A stretch of 64,000 nt of DNA from assembly GCA_951406725.2 (NCBI GenBank), contig OX597821.1:75640001-75704000 (forward strand), read 5' to 3'. Of this stretch, positions 56,145 through 64,000 are shown piece by piece. The translations under genes were made by a program, and so were the position numbers. The DNA is from Octopus vulgaris. Lineage: Eukaryota. Numbering within the stretch: position 1 is the stretch's first letter; the number at the start of each line of letters is the position of its first letter. The notes under the pieces were generated by a model. That model made no database searches, was not told the DNA's origin, and saw only the letters and a program-made list of their open reading frames with translations.

Positions 56145-56722
56145 CACCTATGGATGACTTTCTTTCTCAGCCGCTTGGACTACTCTGGTCCCCAGAGAGT
56201 GTGAAACAAACGGCGGAACTCGAAGCAATATAATGCCAATACTCAAAGACTGACTCTATGCAAAAGATGGGCTACTGGGTGAGGTTAAAGGAACTGAGTC
56301 TCTATTCCCTGGAGAGGAGACGAAAGAGATATGCGGTGATGTATATATATGGAAAATCTTGGAGGGTTTAGCTCCCAGTTTTGCAATTGACAGCTATACC
56401 AATCCTCGAACTGGACAGCACTGCATCGTACCAAAGATCCCGTCTTCTCTATCTAAAATAAGGACAAGTACTGCAATAAACTGGGTTTCAAGGACCCGCA
56501 ATTGTTCAACATCTTTCCAGGCCACCTTGGAGATCTACATTGTGTTAATTGTGGCAGTTTTCAGTTAACGTCTGGACAGGTTTCTATCTGAGATACCAGA
56601 GGAATCCACATCGCGTCCAACTCGCTACTTCACCAAAAACAATACCAGAAACAACACCGAGTATTACAGGTGGTGCACCAGCATGACCTCAGTCGTGGGC
56701 TGAAACCAGTAAAAGGTAAAAG
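56145..56722 (+). mobile_element. CR1-type LINE 3' fragment with tail
   Basis: FLSRLDY, LWSPESVKQTAELEAI, YWVRLKELSLYSLERRRKRYAVMYI and WKILEGLAP. Tail CCAGCATGACCTCAGTCGTGGGCTGAAACCAGTAAAAGGTAAAAG. Confidence 0.88.
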
Positions 56723-56856
56723 AAAAGATATATAGTCAATTCAGTTAAACAAGCAATTCAGATAAACGGATAAAAAGCGAAATCAGGAAGAAAAAAAAAT
56801 GAATGTGGGGGCGTGCACAGGAAATAGATTAGCTTGAAGTCTAGTGAAAGAAGAGA

Positions 56857-56891
56857 GTTTAACGTTTCAAGCAAAACTCTTCGTCGGACAG
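56857..56891 (-). ncRNA. Hammerhead-like motif, GAGC/GCUC family (U4 changed to C)
   Basis: CUGU CCGACGA A GAGU UUU GCUU GAAAC GUU AAAC. Confidence 0.55.
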
Positions 56892-58418
56892 GAGAAAGGG
56901 ACAATTTCTAAGAAGGTGGAGAAGAAGAAATCACCAAGGGGCCACGTGTTGTTACATTGCTGAAGTGACCGGAAGTTGGTGAGAAATTACACTGACAAAG
57001 GAATGGACATAAAGATGTATGTTAGGAAATTACTTAGCTTACAGCTGTTTCTACTTTAAGATGCAATGCATTCATAGTTGAATTCTTGAGTATGACCCTG
57101 TAGTTTCATCGGAGTTTCAAATATGAAGTTGCTTATTTGGCTGTTTTGATTTTTAGGCTACCAGACCTATTTATTTGATCAAGTTAAATAATAAAGTAGA
57201 TACGTCTACAACATGAATATATTTGATAAACTACACTTAGACAAAGCTTTCGATTTGAGTTGGCCAAAATCTACTTCCCTTTCGGACGCTGGACAAGGAG
57301 AAACTGCAAAAAGATTCTCACTTATAATGTCTTATACCAACTAAATAATAAAATTTTAAACACAGACAGTGGATAAATCCGATACAGTCAACGGCACAGC
57401 AGCCGTTGTTGTAAGTGGTGAACGTTCAACAAAATAGACAATTAAGAAATCTATCTATCTATCTGTCTATCTATCTATCTGTCTATCTATCTGTCTGTCT
57501 ATCTATTTGTTTGTCTTTCTGTCGGTATGTATGTATGCATGTGTGTATGTGTGTGTATGTATGTATGCATGTATGTATCTATGTTTGTATGTATGTATAT
57601 ACGTACATACGTAAATGCATATGTATGTGCGCGAAAGAAAATTGTTCTTTTATTGTAATTACCAGTAAAAACATAAGTAGACCAAGAAAGAACACAATAC
57701 AGTGAGATAACGTGCAAACCAGTTTGCGATCACTCCTCTAACAAGAGATAAGTACCAAATCTCCCTTGATTTGTACATCACCATAAATAACTCCACAGTG
57801 GATCAGAATTTCTTGTCTGAATATTGAGGAATGGACGATTTTCCATCACTGCAATCTATTTTCCTTCTAATTTCTTCTTTGAAAACTATAAAACAAAAGC
57901 GATGTCCTTTCTAAACTTAAGGAGACAATGACATCAGTATCTTGAGCAAATTTTATTTATCAATGACAACAGTGTGCTCAGAGAATTAATAATAAACAAA
58001 ATTATGAACTGCTGTGTTAGTTTATAGAAATATCCTTTTATGCGAAATCTCACGTGCGCCATCACCTGAAACAGAGAATGAAATGAAGCTGTTGGACGAG
58101 ATATTTCTTTTAATTTTCTTCCTTATTAGAAAAAAAAAATGGAATAGGCCGTTAGCGACACTTGTGTAATTTGCGTTTCTTCCAACTCAACCGTTTCGTC
58201 CATTTTTGTTTACCATTTAGACCTTCACTTTCCAGGTAATGTCCATCTCAATATTTAAAAACGAAAATCCTCATTTCTATCTGTCACACTTTAACAAAAA
58301 AATAGATAATACAAATCTGCTTAAGAAGTACAGTTCTATACTTAAGAGATGAGGAATTATGTACATTATTTATATTATTTACATTTGACGGATATTTGTC
58401 CTCATCTTGTTTGTTGTT

Positions 58419-58464
58419 AACACAACGTTTCGGCTGATATACCCTCCAACCTTCACCAGGTTCG
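58419..58464 (-). ncRNA. Hammerhead-like motif (A6 changed to G)
   Basis: CUGGUGA A GGUUG GAGGGUAUAU CAGCC GAAAC GUU GUGUU. Confidence 0.6.
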
Positions 58465-58476
58465 AATTTTCCCCAA

Positions 58477-58522
58477 GACACTTGATGAAGGCTGGAGAGT
58501 ATATCAGCCGAAACATTGTGTT
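58477..58522 (+). ncRNA. Hammerhead-like motif (C3 changed to U)
   Basis: GACAC UUGAUGA A GGCUG GAGAGUAUAU CAGCC GAAAC AUU GUGUU. Stem I GACAC/GUGUU and stem II GGCUG/CAGCC. Confidence 0.65.
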
Positions 58523-59268
58523 AACAACAAACAAGTTGAGAACAAATATCCGTCAAATGTAAATAATGTAAATAATGTGCTATGAAGTGTTGGAAGTTTT
58601 AGAGACAACGACAATTATTCAATCGTAGTACCTTTTGTTATTCTCTTATCAAGTTTAGGCTTAGTCAGGGCAAAGATATTTTATTACTTTGATCTCTTTG
58701 AAAGGTCATTGATATGGAAGGGCAAATGACAAACAACAACTAAGAGTTGCTACAATAAAATCAGAATCATAAATCCGGTCACTTGGAGGGAGATCTTGAA
58801 GCAAACTGTACAACACAAAAAGCATGCGAGTACGTAGCGGCTCTGCTGTGGGTTTGATTCTTTTCTTGTTTCCTCATTATCGTTAACCATTCGCTTTTCA
58901 TCTTCCAGGAACTCGTCGGCTGTGGTCAGAATAGTTCTACAATGGTTCAGTCTCCCGCCATGTTTAAATGGCTGAAGACATGTTTTTTTTTTATCACGAA
59001 GACACATCTGTGATCCTTTCAGACTTGAGCTTCGATGCAAAGATTTATGTGTGTGTATCTCTGCGCGCAAGTATATATATGTATAAGTAAACTTGTGTTT
59101 GTGTACGTATGCGTCCCTTAGTGTGTATGTATAGTGTGTATGTATATATATATATATATATATACAAAAATACACATACATGCATACACACTAACATACT
59201 CACACGTATATATATATATATATATACAAAAATACACATACATGCATACACACTAACATACTCACACG

Positions 59269-59326
<58 letters not shown>

Positions 59327-59965
59327 TATACTCATCGCTTTACATGTATCCCTTTTTAACGATAGGAAATAGAATGCTCAACGGTTCGGACAGAGTCCTT
59401 TTTCAGGATAATGATAAGAGGAAGAAACTTAAAGAAAGACAGCAGAGTTTTTCATTTTCTGTTTGAGAAATTAGTTGCAACAGATGCGGTGAGCAGGTCA
59501 ACATTTGCTTCATGAGTAGACCGGGAAGAGCAAGAAGCTTAAGAGGATATGTACGAGTAGAAAGAAATGTTACTTTGGACTAATCAAGGACGCTGTTCCC
59601 AGTATGGAAATGAAGCACGTTTCTTTCCATTTTATTTTTAGTATGTACGCGAATGTTGCACACTGATATATATAAATAATGGAATGACCCGCTGTGTTGA
59701 AGTAAATGATTGATGTGGTAGATCCGGATTATCAACGATCAAAAGGTTGAAGTTCATTGAGAGGGTACACCTCTGGTAAAAATTATGAAATAATTCCACT
59801 TACCTATTGAAGGACACTGATACTACAAAATAATGCATAATGTACAGTTATGTATGGACAATATATTTAGTAGTGCATGTGTGTATGTATACACATGCAT
59901 ATATTTATAAAAATATCTGTCTATCTACCTATGTACACACACACATATATATATGCATATGTATT

Positions 59966-60015
<50 letters not shown>

Positions 60016-60539
60016 TACATACATATATATATATATATATATTAAGAGAGAGAGAGAAAGAGAGAAAGAGAGAAAGAGAGACAGAGAGACACACGCATAG
60101 CGATAAAGACATCGATTGATAGATAAATAGATTTATATTCACAAGCGCGTATATATATTATATGTATGTTTGCACGCAAACATTCTCTCTCATACATATA
60201 TATATGTGTGTTTGTAAAATATTTTGAAACTTCTAATTTAACCAATCAAAACACATTTATAATTTTCATATTCGAGAACAAATAAAACAGTGCGCCCTTT
60301 TTTTTTTTATCTACGCAACACAAGACATACCACGTACACTTTTAATTGTACTGGATTATAACGAAAATCTGCCACAGCATATATTCTTCTTTGAACCGAT
60401 GTTTATCAGTAAAATATTTACAGCATAGAATTATTGTTTTTATATATCCACTCTGTCAGTTGTGAAACTCTTAAAGATTCTGAATAAAACATATTTCTTT
60501 CATAAAATGCTTTCGTTTCTATTATCATCATCATCATCA

Positions 60540-60603
<64 letters not shown>

Positions 60604-61496
60604 CGTTGTTGTTTTATATAATATGTTCCTTTAGATTTACTACTGGGCATAAACATAAGCAACTGAGGCGTCATTCATTTTCACTTTCTGCATTTCTGCC
60701 AGCATCATTATATTTTAATAGGTAGATAATATTTTTGTGCTATTTTGTGTAGTTTATTTTCATTTATTCCAATATTTTTGTTAAGTTCTTTTACACACAA
60801 ACACACACACATACACACACACACACACACACATATAAGTTAAATCACTTTCACTATTTCCCCGTTGTTTTTGTAGTTGTTGCCGTTTTATCATTCCATC
60901 AACACTCACTCTTCTTCCTACATATACCTTACATTACACTACATCTTAATTTTTAACTCTTCATTTTAAACATCACAATGGTTTGCTGTAATTCTTTCAA
61001 TTCCTGCTATTAACTTGTTTCTACCTAAATTATTCAAACTTTATTGAAATACGATAAATGTTTCAAGCAGAGGTTTATCTCACCAAGCTCCCACCAAGCT
61101 AGAATTCATGAATAACATTAACAATACAAATGGCCGTTTGATTAATCTTAGTCAGTAAGTTTCTCAAAAACAGATATTAGTTTCAGTGGAATCAAAAAGA
61201 ACGAAAGGAAAAGTCAGCAGTAAAAATGATAATGATAAAACAAATGAATAAAAACACTCAAAATAATAAATGTATTTCAATGCTGGGTTTAAATCTTATC
61301 AAGACGAAACCAAAACGAAAATCTACGAATATATCATTTTCGTTCGATAGCTTTCGATCAGTTTACAGCTGAAATAAACAATAAATAAATATATCATTAG
61401 CAATCCTGCTATTAATTTTGACCATTTGGAGGAAGTAAACTGCATCGAAAGACTAAACCAAAATCAACAAAAAAATACTAAAGCAAATATATAGAA

Positions 61497-61557
<61 letters not shown>

Positions 61558-61590
61558 AATACCTATCTATATGTGTGTGTGTGAATACCA

Positions 61591-61627
<37 letters not shown>

Positions 61628-61827
61628 CGTATGTGTGTGTGTATGTGTGTGTGTGTGTATGTATGTGTGTGTATAGTTTTGTATATATATATATATGTGA
61701 ATACAGATATGTGGGTGTATATACGTATATATAGATGCATGCGTGTAAGTAAATTTTTGTTTTACTCCAAATTGATTTAAAATTATATTTCCCTCTCTTT
61801 CTAGTATGCATACACGCATACGCACTC

Positions 61828-61889
<62 letters not shown>

Positions 61890-62372
61890 TTTGTATAACT
61901 ACGAACATGAAGATATAGGCCATGTACGTATGTGTGAGCGTTTGCGAAAATATGTATGAGTGGCGTACTATGTGGAAATATTAAGAATGATCATATCCTT
62001 TGAAATATTTAAATATATTTACATTTTAAGATGGAAGTATTAAAATATAATATAGTTTCTCTTTAATACAAATTTACCATCTATCTACCTATATATCTGT
62101 CTGTCTATTTATTTGTCTATTTCTCTCTCCCCCTCTCATTCATCTCTCTGTCTGTTTACATGTATATCTATTAATATACTTAAGTTGATATCTACGATAA
62201 GTTTGTCTCCCATATGCTTCTACATTAAAACTAAAAGTTTGTATTATATAATTTACAATTAGTCGCATTTTATATGATCATATATACAATTTAGGATTTG
62301 TAACAACGCACTTTCTCTCATGGATGCAAGAATCATATGTATATATATATATTGGTGTATCTTCTTGCGCTG

Positions 62373-62413
<41 letters not shown>

Positions 62414-62959
62414 CACACACACATAGATGCATGTTGTCGCAGCAGAAACACGTGTCCACGTTTATCCTCTTATTTTCAGACAATATGTCCAATGAGATGT
62501 CAGCTTTAGAGACATCTTGACGTTGTCTCCTTTTGTCATATAAAGCAGCCCTTAATTGCCATTTTATTCATTGTATAACATCTTCAAAAGGAAAAGAATT
62601 TACGTCTATATTATATTTGATACACCTGTATTTGTGTATCATTTTCATACATATGCTATTGGCCACTTTGTGTCATTTCTTTTACTCCCTTTTTATATAT
62701 ACACACACAAACACACACTCACACTTCAATATATTATATTATGATGTATTATATTACATATTATATTCTTTTTCAAACAACTTGCTTGCAAGTTTAAGGG
62801 GTCATCAGGAGAGAATGGATATTTTCATACATATGTGTACGCACTCGACTATGGAAATTCCAAAAGGGATTTACCTCGAAATATAAAAGACGATTTTAAG
62901 TTAATTTGGAGTAAAACTAAAATGAATGTGTGAAATATGAAAATAAAGTATTATTATTT

Positions 62960-63345
62960 TTATTTTTTTTATTTCATCTAGTTTCAGCTCACGAGCTGTG
63001 GCCATGCTGGGGTAAGGCTATTTGGTGTTGCTACATAATTTTACTTAACGAATGCTTTTTAGCTATTGACATTTGGTGCATGAGAAAGTTTGATACAGCT
63101 GCCCTCGTCTGCACTTCCTACCGCGAAGTTAGTTCATCTGGGACACCTGACAGGAAGAGGTCCAGCATTATTTTGAAGACACCTACATCTACTCCATGCA
63201 GGTCTCTCAGGTCCTTCGGTGGGATATAGAAGAGCTGTGGACCTCTGAAGCCCAGGCTATTGCAGTATCTTGTCCTAAGTCTTGATGGCAAATTTGGAAA
63301 CCTTGGCTCTATGCAGTGGAGCCCAGTTATTCTATACCTTCCATA
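62960..63345 (-). mobile_element. CR1-type LINE 3' fragment with tail
   Basis: RITGLHCIEPRFPNLPSRLRTRYCNSLGFRGPQLFYIPPKDLRDLHGVDVGVFKIMLDLFLSGVPDE, homologous to 6465-7140 and 56145-56722. Tail CCAGCATGGCCACAGCTCGTGAGCTGAAACTAG. Confidence 0.85.
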
Positions 63346-63881
63346 TTGCCGAATAATGTAACACGTTTTTGGCAAGTGGTGGTCAGTGGCAGGAAGATGT
63401 GACTTGAATGTTTCATATACACTAGATTTCGTGAAAATTTTATAGTAATTATATAATAAAATTGCTTCGATACAATATTTAATGGCGTCAAGCGTTAAAC
63501 ATTTTATATTTCAGCCATCAGAGATTTTGTGTACTATTGCAATCGGTTTTGTTTGTGTAAATATTTTTCATATCTATATGTAGTATAAATATAGAGCGGT
63601 GGAAGAACAATGCACTAATATTTACTGGAAATAGCAGTCGATACAACGCTATAGTAAAGCTTCACTATATATTTATATGTAAATAATATTTATATGTAAA
63701 TAGACTGAGTTTCTAAGGAACGTTAAACGCACCTCATGAAATACATGTAGAAGAGAAACTTAGAACTGATTAGTAAGTATTAAAATAAAATTCTATGATA
63801 TGGTGTTATGTATATATATATATATATATTAATATATTGTTAATATATTTTAAATATATATATATAAAGAGAGACAGAGAG

Positions 63882-63960
<79 letters not shown>

Positions 63961-64000
63961 TGTACATACATACATATGTATGTAATATATATAAATATGC

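Larger units (their letters stand above)
58328..58580. mobile_element. Palindromic element: 100-bp arms 58361-58460 / 58481-58580, each carrying a hammerhead-like motif in opposite orientation
   Basis: The arms are reverse complements with few mismatches, separated by the 20-bp spacer TTCGAATTTTCCCCAAGACA. Confidence 0.88.

Noticed and set aside
57094-57120. Resemblance to miR-10/miR-993 (ACCCTGTAG)
   Set aside because: Only 9 nt match and I see no precursor hairpin.
58890-59050. Acceptor-like CTTTTCATCTTCCAG followed by an open stretch
   Set aside because: No recognisable peptide or convincing donor; it runs into microsatellite.

Overview
AT-rich, microsatellite-dense eukaryotic (metazoan) DNA. 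The SINE families and repeat texture point to a coleoid cephalopod, probably Octopus (inference). I found no intact host protein-coding gene; almost all long ORFs in the track are translations of (TA)n, (CA)n, (TACA)n or (TCTA)n runs. The window is intergenic or intronic and full of transposon debris: a decayed Ty3/Gypsy element (gag-protease-RT-RNase H, no integrase), three CR1-type LINE 3' ends, an RTE LINE fragment, R4/Dong-type LINE fragments, a Tc1 transposase remnant, nested Tc1/mariner MITEs, a Helitron helicase remnant, a non-autonomous Helitron, and three tRNA-derived SINE families. The most unusual signal is eight minimal type I hammerhead-ribozyme-like motifs (CUGANGA-stem II-GAAA-short palindromic stem III) in about four sequence families. 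Four of them sit in fold-back elements (2-251, 39279-39516, and two in 58361-58580), resembling Penelope-like terminal repeats. Most copies carry core mutations and activity is untested. Also visible: a SINE and a CR1 LINE share a 3' tail with a covarying stem-loop. All coordinates were read by eye and TE edges are approximate.
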